In this document: positions 1 through 10,735 of the stretch, piece after piece
How positions within the stretch are numbered: the first letter of the stretch is position 1
Layout: every line of letters starts with the position of its first letter
Assembly (NCBI RefSeq): GCF_011745625.1
Contig: NW_027191470.1
Coordinates: 248,001 to 312,000 of the forward strand
Length of the DNA stretch: 64,000 bases
Reading direction: 5' to 3'
Source of the DNA: Cladosporium halotolerans
Lineage: Eukaryota
Notes under the pieces: model-generated
The model's input: only the letters and a program-made list of their open reading frames with translations
Told to the model about the DNA's origin: nothing
The model's database searches: none
Made by a program: the position numbers and the translations under genes

Positions 1-2575
1 TGTCCAAGCCCTTCTCCGCCCTCTCAAAAGCCTCATCGCTACGGTCCGTAAGGATTGCCAAATCCTCATCGCTAAGCAGATTCTTGCCCTCGGCGATATC
101 GATCGCCTCGCCATCAGACTGGCCGAGCAACTTCTGCAACTCCGCAAAGTCAGCGCCGGCAGTGTCGCTGCGCATAGATTTGAAGCGGCCCTTCTGGATC
201 ACGAGCTTCTCCAATCTGCGCTTGCTGTCGGCCTTCTCCAGAAGCATCTGCTCGACTGTGCCCTTGGTAGCGAAGCGATAGACGATGACAGGCCTTGTCT
301 GACCGATTCTGTGCGCTCGGTCTTGGGCCTGGAGATCCTGCTGCGGGTTCCAATCGCTGTCGAAGAGAAGCACAGTATCGGCGGCAGCGAGGTTGATGCC
401 TTGGCCGCCGGCCCGTGTGGACAGGAGGAAGATGTTAGTCTCGCTTTCAGGGTCATTGAAAGACTGGATCTGCTCCTGTCGGTCTACTTGGGCGATTGAG
501 CCGTCGATGCGGCAAGTCGGCCATCCTCGAAGGACATCGCAGTATGTCTCCAGCAGGTCAAGCTGGGTCTTGAATTGCGAAAATATCAGCACCTTGTGAC
601 CCTTATTGAGTAACTCTGGCAACAATCGATCCAAAAGGAGCATCTTGCCACTCTCGGTGACCAGGGTTTCGTCCACGGGCGTATTATCATCCATTTCAAA
701 TGGGTAGTAGAAGTTGTGGGGAGAGTTGCAACATTGCCGCAATTGCATGACTGGGTTCTGGAGCTTCTTCTGGGCAATCTCACGCTTGGCCAGCGCAAGA
801 GTCTTCGCTCGCTCGCTCTCTTCCTCGTCTTCCTCGTCTCCGTCTGGCAATGGTGACTCAGGCTCTTCTTCCAGCTGTTTGAAGTACTTCGTATCAGATA
901 GCTCCTCATATTGCTGGTTTTTCTTAGCTTTCCGTGAGCGAGTTCCGCTGCCATTTGCAGTCGCCGGCGTTGACGCGCGGCTTGTCTTGGTACTCTTCGA
1001 CGGCGTTGCAGTCTCGTCACTTGCCTTTCGTTTACGGCTCGTGCTGCGTGTGCTTCCCGGAGTCGCGCTGCGGCTGATACTCTCAACGATTTTGTTTTCC
1101 AGAAACGCCCTGCTGTTGCCGTCAAGAATCTCCTGGTAGAGGTCCCGCTGAGTTTGTGTCAAAGGCGCATAGAGCACGTACTCGCGTTTCTGCGGTAGTG
1201 ATGTCTCTACGTCGGCTTTGATCCTACGCAGCAAGAATGGCTTCAAGACGGCATGGAGACTGGTGACAAGCTTCTTCTGACGGTCTTCCGAAAGAATTTG
1301 TTCGTAGCCGCCCTTCTCCTTCAGCGCGCTGAAATCAAACCACGATTCGAATGATTCGAAATTGTTGAAGATGCTAGGCATCAAGAAATGCAGAAGTGCC
1401 CACAGTTCGGCCAAATTATTTTGAAGCGGTGTTCCAGTGATCAGCAATCGATTCGCGGATTGGTAGGATTGCAGTTCCTGGATAAGTCTGCAGTTCATGT
1501 TCTTGATGCGGTGACCCTCGTCGATAATGATAAACTTCCAGCCATAGTGAGCTAAGTGCTTTCGATCGTTCATGCAGATCTCGTAGCTCGTGCAAATGAC
1601 GGGGAAGTCTTTGCTGCTTGGGTTTCGCAGTCGTTTCTTGCGAAGCTCCTCGCGTTCTTGTTTGCTTCCGTGGTAAAGTACGACAGGGATGTCAGGCGTC
1701 CATTTCTTGAACTCAGCGACCCAATTGCTGGTAGTACTCAGGGGTGCAGCAATGAGGAACGGTCCATTGATGCCCTTCTCCCGCAGGAAAGCAAGGAATG
1801 AGATAACTTGAATCGTCTTTCCTAAACCCATCTCATCTGCCAATATTCCGTTCAGTCCGTTCTCATACAATGACTGTAGCCATTCCAAGCCTTCCAGCTG
1901 GTATGTTCGCATGAGCCCTCCTGTGACCAGATCCGGCTGCTTGGCTGATCGCAAGTCTTGCATGCCAATATCGCTAGGTTTGACATCATCCTTCGACTCC
2001 TCCGCTAGTGCCTCTGAGATAGACGCTTGCCCAGCTTTGGCTTCTAAATCCTCCTTCTTCAAGTAATCTGAGATTTTGCCGGTCTTTCCGGCTCTGGTGT
2101 TCTTTGCTGGCCGCCCGCGGCCGCGTTTAGGAGGATCTTGATCATTTGCATCCGCGGGGGATTCGGTAGTCTGTTCGTTCGTGTTCCCTCTCCTTGTTGC
2201 ACGCTTTTGGCTTGCTACCGCCGCTTGTTCTGCCTTTTCTTCCTTTTTCGCCGCGCGCTGCTTGCTCTTTTCGTCTTTCGCAGTCGCAGCCTCTTCTTGT
2301 TGCGTCATCTGCTGCAACATGATCGTAGAATACAGCTTGCTCTGGCTCAACAAATATTCCAGAGCTTTGTACTTTGTGTCCACTGCGTCCGGTCCTCCCT
2401 TAAGATCCTTTTCGCGCTCTGCGGCTAGCTTACGCTCGCGTTTCGCTTCCTCTTTTTCACGAGCCTGTGCCATCTGCGCTTCCTCCTTCTGCATAGCTTC
2501 TGTGGGTCCATTGTCGCGCGTCTCGGGAGATGTTGGTGGTGTTGTTTCGGCCGAGGCCATTGGTTCTGAAGACAT
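1..2575 (-). CDS. IRC5: SNF2-family chromatin remodelling ATPase, LSH/HELLS/DDM1/Irc5 type (3' end outside the window)
   Basis: ATG at 2575 (ccaccATG). Minus-strand motifs ILADEMGLGKT, IIDEGH, TGTPLQNNL, LSTRAGGQGINL and QDLQAQDRAHRIGQ; the first and last were checked to be in frame with the ATG. Absent from the ORF track because it runs off the edge. The subfamily call is inferred from the N-terminal coiled coil and QPDLVTGG region. Confidence 0.85.
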   Translation of the reverse strand, partial: MSSEPMASAETTPPTSPETRDNGPTEAMQKEEAQMAQAREKEEAKRERKLAAEREKDLKGGPDAVDTKYKALEYLLSQSKLYSTIMLQQMTQQEEAATAKDEKSKQRAAKKEEKAEQAAVASQKRATRRGNTNEQTTESPADANDQDPPKRGRGRPAKNTRAGKTGKISDYLKKEDLEAKAGQASISEALAEESKDDVKPSDIGMQDLRSAKQPDLVTGGLMRTYQLEGLEWLQSLYENGLNGILADEMGLGKTIQVISFLAFLREKGINGPFLIAAPLSTTSNWVAEFKKWTPDIPVVLYHGSKQEREELRKKRLRNPSSKDFPVICTSYEICMNDRKHLAHYGWKFIIIDEGHRIKNMNCRLIQELQSYQSANRLLITGTPLQNNLAELWALLHFLMPSIFNNFESFESWFDFSALKEKGGYEQILSEDRQKKLVTSLHAVLKPFLLRRIKADVETSLPQKREYVLYAPLTQTQRDLYQEILDGNSRAFLENKIVESISRSATPGSTRSTSRKRKASDETATPSKSTKTSRASTPATANGSGTRSRKAKKNQQYEELSDTKYFKQLEEEPESPLPDGDEEDEEESERAKTLALAKREIAQKKLQNPVMQLRQCCNSPHNFYYPFEMDDNTPVDETLVTESGKMLLLDRLLPELLNKGHKVLIFSQFKTQLDLLETYCDVLRGWPTCRIDGSIAQVDRQEQIQSFNDPESETNIFLLSTRAGGQGINLAAADTVLLFDSDWNPQQDLQAQDRAHRIGQTRPVIVYRFATKGTVEQMLLEKADSKRRLEKLVIQKGRFKSMRSDTAGADFAELQKLLGQSDGEAIDIAEGKNLLSDEDLAILTDRSDEAFERAEKGLD

Positions 2576-2774
2576 GGTGGCGTATGAGCCCGAAAGGATG
2601 AAATGCTTCGGTTTGCACCACTCGGGCGATAACAATTCAATGCTTGTATAATTGAAGAAGATCCGAGAATAAAGAAAATGCCAAATGTGTCAAACACTCA
2701 AGAGGCAAAGACATCAGTAGCGATATAGAGTGGAATGGCGACGATGTCATCACTTTCGAAAAGCACGAGCCTAC

Positions 2775-2793
2775 ACGCGCGCGCGCGACGCGA
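2775..2793. promoter_or_regulatory. CGCG/ACGCG (MCB-like) cluster upstream of the SNF2 ATPase
   Basis: ACGCGCGCGCGCGACGCGA about 200 bp upstream of the ATG. Confidence 0.4.
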
Positions 2794-3526
2794 TCGTGGT
2801 GGAGTGGCACCAGCAGATCGGATCGCGCCCTGTCAGATCGCTATGGGGGAGCTGCATGAAGCTAGTCCGCATCAAGCACAGCCAACTCCAATAATCCTAC
2901 CCACACCACGTTCGTCCTCACCATCTGCCGCTATCATACCTCAAAAATGGCAATGAGAGCCTCGAGGAAAGCATCCACGATCAGAAGCGTATGCTACTCC
3001 GTCGCAACGGCAGGAGACTGTCATTGACCATGATGCCTTGGTAATTGCAGTGGTTTCATTCGTCAAGTGGAATTCTAAAGATCTCTTGTAAGATATAGTA
3101 TCCCGCTGACTAAGTTGACCTCACTCTTCGGCGATGCCAATAGAGCCGAGATACCGATCAGTAGCGTTGGCTGATCGCAGCTGTATATGCCATGACACTA
3201 AGCACAATCCTATTCTGCATCCCCACGCCCGCGGAACTATCGCCCAGATTCATGCACCCCACTTGCATCGACGTCTCTGCGATTTCGTCACGAAGGATTG
3301 CTGCGCTCATACAATTCACGGTCGCGACTTCTACAAGTAGGGAGTGCAACCACGTCACACTCTCCTCGAGCTCGAGGCGTGCCTGCCTCGTTCACCATCG
3401 CAAACATGGACCTCCAACACTGGGCAATCCGCGATCTGCGGCCAATCAACCAATTCACTTTATCATACCAACTCTGTATTTCACCAAAGCATAGCTTATC
3501 AGCGCGACGCCTCAGGGCAGACTACC

Positions 3527-4768
3527 ATGGCACCGGTGACCCCCAACGAGGGCCTTGGCCGCGCCAGGCGCCAAATCCGCCCGACGCAACGAGCAATTGA
3601 GTCTGACCTTCACATCTCCGGCATAAATACTCCACCGCAATCCACTATAACATTGAGGAGTCGTCCTTCCACACTCGCATCATCGAAAATTCTGGATAAC
3701 CCATCGCTCGCCATGGATCGTTCCGTCAAGACCGAGACTGCTGGCGCTGTGCGAGCTATCGTGAAATCTCCGACTAAGTTTACGGTTCCACCGGCTCATG
3801 AGGGATCTGCCGCCCTGATGCCTCAACAAGGTGTTGCGAACAAGAAGAGCGCTGCGGACAAGAGGGACACCGCGAAACCACCCCGGAAGACTCGCAAGAC
3901 AAAGGCTACCACCGACGCTGTGCGGAAAGCAGCTCCTCAAACGAGGAAGAACGCTGCGCCACCTAAGGACCCCCAAAGCTTTGACACAGACGAACCGCTA
4001 CTGCAGCCTTGGAGGTTCGCTGTCTATTTCTGGGAGACTCCAAGACCTACAGACTTCCTCAACCTCCCAGAATCCAGGAAGCAATGGAAAGCGGACATCG
4101 ATGCCGACATGGAAGCTGCTGACGATTCCCCGGAATTGGACGACTGGCACGACTTCTGCGGTGTTATCTCGGATCTCGTGCCCGACCTTACACTCCAACA
4201 GTCCGTGGCGCTCAATTTCGTGTCGCGAGGCAAACGAGCCTTCCGCGCAGGGCGCTCCTGGAAGAGCTTCGAGGAAGAGGAGCTCGCCATCGACAGCAGA
4301 GCAGGCGCAAGAGCTATTGCCGATCCCATCGAACGCGATATCGCCCTCTCATCGTCTCTCGACAACGACTACAGGCTCTACATCTTCGGCCAGATCAAAG
4401 TGCGCTTGTGCCACGAGATCTGGCTGCAAGCATATCCTTGGCCAGGCACCACGCCGGAACCAGAGGAGCCAACGAAGAAGAGAGACAGTGTCATCAACCC
4501 GGGCGCTGTGACGCCTTCGTCGCCTAGCCCTCCCAAAGTAGAGACTTCAGGTAGTGCCAACTCCTCCAGCGGACTTCCTCCGCTTCCTCTGACAGAAGGT
4601 ACACAGGGCCGCACAAAAGCTGAGCTACCGGGCGACAGAGAGCTGCATCAGCCTCAAAGCCGGCGATTCCGTGCGACGCAAGCGAATATGCAGGGTCTGA
4701 ACCTCTCCTATGAAGAACAGCTTGAAGGTATAGGACTAGACATGGCGACGAGTAGCGAAGAGGAATGA
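3527..4768 (+). CDS. Hypothetical protein (~413 aa): basic, disordered N-terminus and a Trp-rich central domain
   Basis: Long ORF 3344-4768 with a good Kozak ATG (accATGg) at 3527; no recognisable domain. Confidence 0.65.
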   Translation: MAPVTPNEGLGRARRQIRPTQRAIESDLHISGINTPPQSTITLRSRPSTLASSKILDNPSLAMDRSVKTETAGAVRAIVKSPTKFTVPPAHEGSAALMPQQGVANKKSAADKRDTAKPPRKTRKTKATTDAVRKAAPQTRKNAAPPKDPQSFDTDEPLLQPWRFAVYFWETPRPTDFLNLPESRKQWKADIDADMEAADDSPELDDWHDFCGVISDLVPDLTLQQSVALNFVSRGKRAFRAGRSWKSFEEEELAIDSRAGARAIADPIERDIALSSSLDNDYRLYIFGQIKVRLCHEIWLQAYPWPGTTPEPEEPTKKRDSVINPGAVTPSSPSPPKVETSGSANSSSGLPPLPLTEGTQGRTKAELPGDRELHQPQSRRFRATQANMQGLNLSYEEQLEGIGLDMATSSEEE

Positions 4769-4930
4769 GCAGATTCGTTGGACATGAGCTTCACGATCAC
4801 TCTATGTTTGATTTCTCGCTAGTTGGAATATGCAGGTCATGAATCGAGGATCCTCCTTTCTCTAATTAGCGCCGCACCCGTTTCACGTGGAGTTGTAAAT
4901 GTTTATCCTGCCATCATTCCCTGCGCCTAT

Positions 4931-4959
4931 GGGGTTGTTAGGGTTAGGGTTGGGGCGGG
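4931..4959 (+). repeat. Interstitial telomere-like G-tract (TTAGGG)2TTGGGG with G-quadruplex potential
   Basis: GGGGTTGTTAGGGTTAGGGTTGGGGCGGG. Confidence 0.7.
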
Positions 4960-5240
4960 TAAAGATACCCAAATTTATTATGCACGCCGTAGATCTAAAT
5001 CGCATTGGTTACGTTCAATTGGTGGTCGCTACTCAGTGTTTTGTCACATTGGTCAACGAGGAGAACTTGAATGTTTTGGTAACTGGGCGAGCGTTTCTAC
5101 GCTTGTCTTTCGGACTGTATCAACCCGGGCTGTAACCACACACGCCACGACAAAATCTAGGACACAATCGTAAGAAAGCGGCAGAGGACGACATCAAAGT
5201 ATGGAGAAACTTTTCCGCTATCGCTCATTATCTACAAAAT

Positions 5241-7136
5241 CTATCGTCCAAACCCAAACCAACCCCTCTTCTTCTCCTGCGCCGGCTCCGGCTGCGCCGC
5301 CGGCTCATCAACGTCCATCTTGCCGTTGACATCTGCCGCGGGCTCCTGCGCAGCTCTGCCGGGGTAGTCGATGTAGTTCCATGCTACGTCTAAGAAGAGA
5401 GGCTTGACGGGCACCGGTTGGATCTTCGGTGGGTAGGAGACAAGGTTGTTCAGGTCGACTTGAAGGCCGGGCGTGGGGTAGTCGTGCAGGTCCTGGACAA
5501 CGGGCGCAGCCGAGGTCATGTTCTTCTGGGCTGCGATGGCGGAGTTGGTGGAAAGCTTGTGCAGCTCGACGAGAGCGTGGGTTCGCGAAAGAAGGTTGGC
5601 GACGTGGGTGTTGAGGTTCGATGACTCTGATGTAGGGATGTCGAGGGTAGGGGGAGTCGAGGTCGTGGCGGTCGAGTTGGGAGCTGAGTTGGCGGCCAGC
5701 AGGTCATGCGCGCGTTTGAGGAGCGCAAGGGCATTGAGGTGGTTGTCCAACAACGAGTGCGAGTATGAGATGTTGACGCACTTCAAGGCGCGGAAGTATG
5801 CCGACTTGCCGTCAAGCTCACGAACGAAAGTTTCGTCTCTCATGGCACCGCGCAGATCCTTGACAGACTCAATGCTCTGAATGGTGGCGTCGTAAAGAAC
5901 CACACGCTCTCGCAGACGGGCAAGTTTTCTGCCTCGGCCTTCTTCGACTTCGGGGAAGGGTGTGCCGTCTTTCCGTGTGCGCTGAGGCTTCTTCTGCTTC
6001 TGAGCTTCGAATGTGAGGCCGTCGTTCTCGCCAATAAGAATCCTGTTGCGGCCAACACGCCAGGAGACAAGGTCATAGTTGACTGCCAGGCTGGTAACAC
6101 GGAGGTCCTGCATGCGCGCGTCACCCTCATCAACCCTCTCCTTCTCCAGCTCATCGGTCGCACGTTTCGAGGCATCCGCAGCATCTTGAGAGGCGATCAG
6201 AATCTCATCATAGGCGGCCGCCTTGTCTCTTGCAGATGCCGAAGGGTGCTCAGAAAGGTATGCCTTCAACTTAGCCTCCGCAGCTGACACCGAAGCCAGC
6301 GCTTGCCCAATGGATGCATCAACGATGTTTGCTTTCCTCCCTCTCCAAGTCACAGAGTCGGGCACAGCCAAAGGTCCTTCCTTCTTTTCCTCTCCGGCTT
6401 CCGCTTTCGGCTTCTCCTTCAACGCGAAAGAGTCTTCCGACTCCACCAACTTGACCGCCTCCTGATCGTCTTTCGGGAAGTATTTCCTGGCCACAACCTC
6501 AATCGCAATAGTCCTACTCAATCGTGCCTGGTACGCCGCGTAGCGAATCGTCGGGTCGACTGTGTTGGCCAGCATCTCCCTGAACAACTCAGCCCTCTCC
6601 TTCTCCCAAAGGGCAGCATATCCCACTCTCGCCTCACTCCATCGCCTCAAGCACTTGCTCCACCTCTCGTCGCCGCCCTCCTTCGCAATGCCCTCAGCCT
6701 GCTTCTCAAATTCCTCCGCGCCAGCAAGCATAGCAGCGTACGTCCTCGCCTCGAGCAAGTCCCTCTGTGACCCAGCTTCCCTCAGCACATCCACCAGCTC
6801 GCCTGCAGTCTTCGCCGCCTTCCATAGCTTCGAGCAGATCTGCGCTCTTGCGCTGCCAGTGATTCCCCTCTCATCCTCAGTGTGAGAGTTCTTGATGTGC
6901 AGCGCATGCGCCCAGGCACGCTCGGCGACCATAATCTGCAGGTGGACGAACGCGACATCCTTCTTGACATCGGCGGCCGTCAGAGGCTTGCGGGCGAACT
7001 TCTCGCGCTTGGGAGTTGCGGTGCCGAGTCGCTTGCGGGTCGCGAGGATCTGTCGGGAGAGCTGGGCGCGGTAGGTCGCATGATCGGCGATCAGCAGGGT
7101 TTCTCGCTTGCCAGCGATGAAGGTAGTTATATCCAT
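5241..7136 (-). CDS. SRP68: Signal recognition particle subunit SRP68
   Basis: MDITTFI...YRAQLSR, AERAWAHA, VDPTIRYAAYQ, PVKPLFLDVAWNYIDYP, C-terminal KKRGWFGFGR. An upstream ATG at 7190 is possible. Confidence 0.92.
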   Translation of the reverse strand: MDITTFIAGKRETLLIADHATYRAQLSRQILATRKRLGTATPKREKFARKPLTAADVKKDVAFVHLQIMVAERAWAHALHIKNSHTEDERGITGSARAQICSKLWKAAKTAGELVDVLREAGSQRDLLEARTYAAMLAGAEEFEKQAEGIAKEGGDERWSKCLRRWSEARVGYAALWEKERAELFREMLANTVDPTIRYAAYQARLSRTIAIEVVARKYFPKDDQEAVKLVESEDSFALKEKPKAEAGEEKKEGPLAVPDSVTWRGRKANIVDASIGQALASVSAAEAKLKAYLSEHPSASARDKAAAYDEILIASQDAADASKRATDELEKERVDEGDARMQDLRVTSLAVNYDLVSWRVGRNRILIGENDGLTFEAQKQKKPQRTRKDGTPFPEVEEGRGRKLARLRERVVLYDATIQSIESVKDLRGAMRDETFVRELDGKSAYFRALKCVNISYSHSLLDNHLNALALLKRAHDLLAANSAPNSTATTSTPPTLDIPTSESSNLNTHVANLLSRTHALVELHKLSTNSAIAAQKNMTSAAPVVQDLHDYPTPGLQVDLNNLVSYPPKIQPVPVKPLFLDVAWNYIDYPGRAAQEPAADVNGKMDVDEPAAQPEPAQEKKRGWFGFGR

Positions 7137-7761
7137 CGTGGGATATATCGTGCCGCGGGACGTATAGTTTGTGGTTGGGTAATTGGACATGTGGCTCAGA
7201 ATTGCTCGGACGCTCTGGAGCGCTTTTGGCGGGGCGAGCAGAGTGTGGGGAGACGAACACCACCGCAGCTCGGCAACATGTGCCTAAGGCAACAATATAT
7301 TGAGGTGCAATCAACGAAATACGATTTCTACTTTTAGAAAGATACCACGCGTAGGGTGTCTAAAAATTCCATGAAAAGAACGTGTTACCATTTATCCGAC
7401 AGTCTGTGGTTTTGAGCAGCTTCCCCGGCCTCCTCTGGTCAATACCACCATCACACGCTCTGTAGGAAATGGTCGCACCTCAAGCTCGTATCTAGACGAC
7501 GTAGAGGCTTCTTGAACGTGAACAAAATCAACCCCCCCAAGGGATGTTAACTACATTACCGTACTCCTTTCCATTCTGGATAATCTCATGATGGTTCCCG
7601 ATTGGAGAACCTACCAGTTAGGACGACAAATTTTCAGACAAGTGGTGATATGAACGATCCAATATATAGTTGATGTTCTGTCGGTGATACGCTTTCCGCG
7701 TGACATTGGATCAAACTCTCAATTAGTTACTCGGTACTGCATTATTGTCTTCACTCTCATA

Positions 7762-8989
7762 TCACGTTGCTTTCCTCTCGTAAACAAAAAGAGCTTCGTC
7801 TTTGCCAGCAAAGCTCGGGAGTGGCACCTGACATACTTTCTCCCAATCTGGCATCTCACGAGCGAACCAATCCGTGAGCAACCCCTTGGCGAAAGCCGTG
7901 TAGCCGTTACCGTTCTGCGATCCGGCAATGACAATTGTAGACCCATCTGCAGTACACGTCAGTAATTGAGATGCGGCATTACAAGGTAGATCGAGTCTTA
8001 CGATAAGCCTTGATTGTCTTCGCGGTGAAGTCATGGCTGACTTGCGGATAGACCAAGAGCAGCACATGGCCCTTGCCGTTCCCATTCTTCTTCAACCACT
8101 CTGTGCTGTCCATCTCAACAGTATCCGGGACCCACAGAGTGCGCCAGTCGCTGAGCCCGTTGTCGATTGGGACAACCTCAAGGTTCTTCTTCCCGTCTTT
8201 CATCCGACGGAGCATGTACGTCCAGTATCCATTTCCAGATCCAACATCTGCAATTGGTCGGCCCTTTGCAACCAACCGTATGATCTCCAATGACTCAAAG
8301 CTTGGGCAAACACAGCTGAAGTGGTGGTAGAGCACAGGCAGCAATGCGTGGGATATTCTGATCTTCTCTGTGGTGCTCTCCGGGCCAGCCCATTCGAGAT
8401 TTTGATTCGCCCATGCGAGAACATCGAAATAAGGATTCACGTGGCCCTTATTCTTCGGCACCGTAATCTTTCTCTCAGGCGAAGGCGGCTGATACAGCTT
8501 TTGAAGGTGATTCGCAACGTCCATGCGAATCGTCTCTTTCTTCGCGTTGGCACCGAGCGCTTTCAATGCATTCGCAGTGTTTGTGGTCGGCCGGAAAATA
8601 TCGTTGTATGCGGCGATGTCGACAGCCGGAGGATGTGGTCTCTGTTCGTCATGATCTTAGGTTCTGTCCGTCCGTATAAGAGTTGACGCCTAGCACATGG
8701 CTGGTGATGAGTTGCTTACCTCGTTGCCCCCTCCGTCGACATACCACTTGTGCAGTCCGCCCTGCCCACCAAATTCGAGGTACGTCTGAGCCTGAAGGAG
8801 TGTGACCTCTGCAATCGCCCGGTAGACAAAGTTATCATCCGGTCTCAGCCCAAAGGCCCGGATGACAAACTTGCGGAAGTCATTGTCGTAAGGCGGAGTG
8901 ACCTCTTCCTTGGCCCAAGCATCGAAGAACTTCTCTGGGTCAAAGGTCGTTGACCCTTGCGTTTCCGTGCGTTGAGGTATCTCCGACAT
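7762..8989 (-). CDS. Conserved fungal protein with a class I SAM-methyltransferase-like motif; 3 exons (8989-8720, 8641-8002, 7946-7762)
   Basis: Introns GTAAGC..CTAAG..ACAG (8719-8642) and GTAAGA..CTGAC..GCAG (8001-7947) join three ORFs in frame; motif IADVGSGNGYW. Confidence 0.8.
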
Positions 8990-9240
8990 GTCGTTGTTCA
9001 GTCGATTGTCGCGTCGACGTCAGTGGTCGAAGCTCTCCAGTCCAGTCCAAATGCGGTCCAAGCGTCGCTGACTAAATGATTGGAAATGGCCGCTAATTGA
9101 TGATCTTCCTCTCAATGGGCAAGTAAGCATGACAAGAACATGACTATCCCGTCGTGGAGCAACGGAGGACGCGCTAGAAGTGTCCAACATAAGTATCATT
9201 CAGTATAAGTATGATTCCTTCCTCCTAACATACGCTCTCA

Positions 9241-10224
9241 ATGCCATCAAAAGAAGAACAACACCCTGCTCCCGCCACCGCTCAAACGTCGAACAACTCA
9301 TTCAGGATCATCGCAACTCTAGTAGCGATAGCAGCAGTCATCCTGGCATTCTATCAACCTGTCAAGACCGCCTTCTTGAGGCAGCTGCCCAAATCCCAAA
9401 CCGCACCTTTGATTCAGCGCTCCAAAATGTCAACCACCAACTCCAACCTCAAGATCGTGAAACGGCCATGGAACGCGCGCGGCCATGCAGACCACGGCTG
9501 GCTGTACACCTTCCACACCTTCAGTTTCGCCAGCTACTACGACCCTTCCTTTGAAGACTTCGGGCCTCTCCGCGTGATCAACGAAGACCGCGTCCGCCGC
9601 GGCACCGGCTTCGGCACTCACAGCCATGCGGAGTTCCTCATCTGGTCGTACATCGTGAACGGCGAGCTCGAGCACAAGGACAGCATGGGCAACCTCGAAA
9701 AGCTGCGCCGCGGCGAAGTCCAGTTCACTTCCGCCGGCACCGGTATTCGCCACTCGGAGTACAACCGCAACCAGAACGAAGACGTGCACTTCCTCCAGAT
9801 CTGGGCGAAGCCGAACGTCAGCCGCTTGGCGCCTTCGTACAAGACCCGCAAATTTACCGACGAGATGAAGACCGATCGCCTGCTGAGGATCATGGAGTCT
9901 GTGGATCGCCACTCTGGTAAGGACGAGGAGACGGAGCCGATCCCAATGCACGCGGACTTGAGCATGAGCGCGAGTATTCTACACCCGGGAAAGAGTGTCA
10001 CTCATGACCTTGTCAAAGAGGGCCAGAGGAAGGTCTATCTGCACGTTGTGATGGGCGACAAGACTCAGCCAAAAAGCGGAGGAGCGAGGATCAAGATTGG
10101 AGAAGTCGAGTTGGGCGAGGGCGACGGTGCCTTCGTCACTGGTGCAGCTGGGCCAGGGAAAGTTGAGGTCGAAAGTGTTGGCGAAAAGCCAGCAGAGTTT
10201 TTGTTGTTTGATATGGGGCAATAG
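9241..10224 (+). CDS. Pirin family (YhhW-like) bicupin protein
   Basis: RGHADHGWL, TFSFASYYDP, FGPLRVINEDRV, GFGTHSH, HKDSMGN, SAGTGIRHSEYN, HFLQIW; second in-frame ATG at 9427. Confidence 0.92.
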   Translation: MPSKEEQHPAPATAQTSNNSFRIIATLVAIAAVILAFYQPVKTAFLRQLPKSQTAPLIQRSKMSTTNSNLKIVKRPWNARGHADHGWLYTFHTFSFASYYDPSFEDFGPLRVINEDRVRRGTGFGTHSHAEFLIWSYIVNGELEHKDSMGNLEKLRRGEVQFTSAGTGIRHSEYNRNQNEDVHFLQIWAKPNVSRLAPSYKTRKFTDEMKTDRLLRIMESVDRHSGKDEETEPIPMHADLSMSASILHPGKSVTHDLVKEGQRKVYLHVVMGDKTQPKSGGARIKIGEVELGEGDGAFVTGAAGPGKVEVESVGEKPAEFLLFDMGQ

Positions 10225-10735
10225 AGGCATTGAATACTGTAGGAGGTTGGCGTGCCAGGATTGAACAAGCTGTATTATTCATTGAGGAATACTTTTAGCT
10301 CCCTATCATGAGTGACAGCCAAGTACATGCGTATACCCCTGCGACCAGGATAAGGACGGAAAATTTGAAGACGCGAGATTGATAAAGCTCCTCCTCGAAG
10401 GATGAAGACACTGTCAACCATTCCCCAATGCCGAAGTAATGTCCGAAATTGCGCATTCTTCGTTGCCACATAGTGCGTTGGCCATGCCTTTCAGCATCAG
10501 CCTTCTGAGCGGCGCCGAAGCTCGATAACGAGGTGTTTGGGGCCTGCACAACGGCAGAGTCTGAAGTTATGCCTGGGTGCTGTTTCACAGTCACGTAATT
10601 CATTGGCACGATTTCGATTCTCCTGGCTTCGTGGGGATCCTGTCGGTGCGCTGTGCCTGAGGTCGGGGATTGGGGTGCTGCTGGCGCACTACACGCCGTC
10701 TGTCAACGGAGTTGCTCAACTTCACGAGTAAGTTG

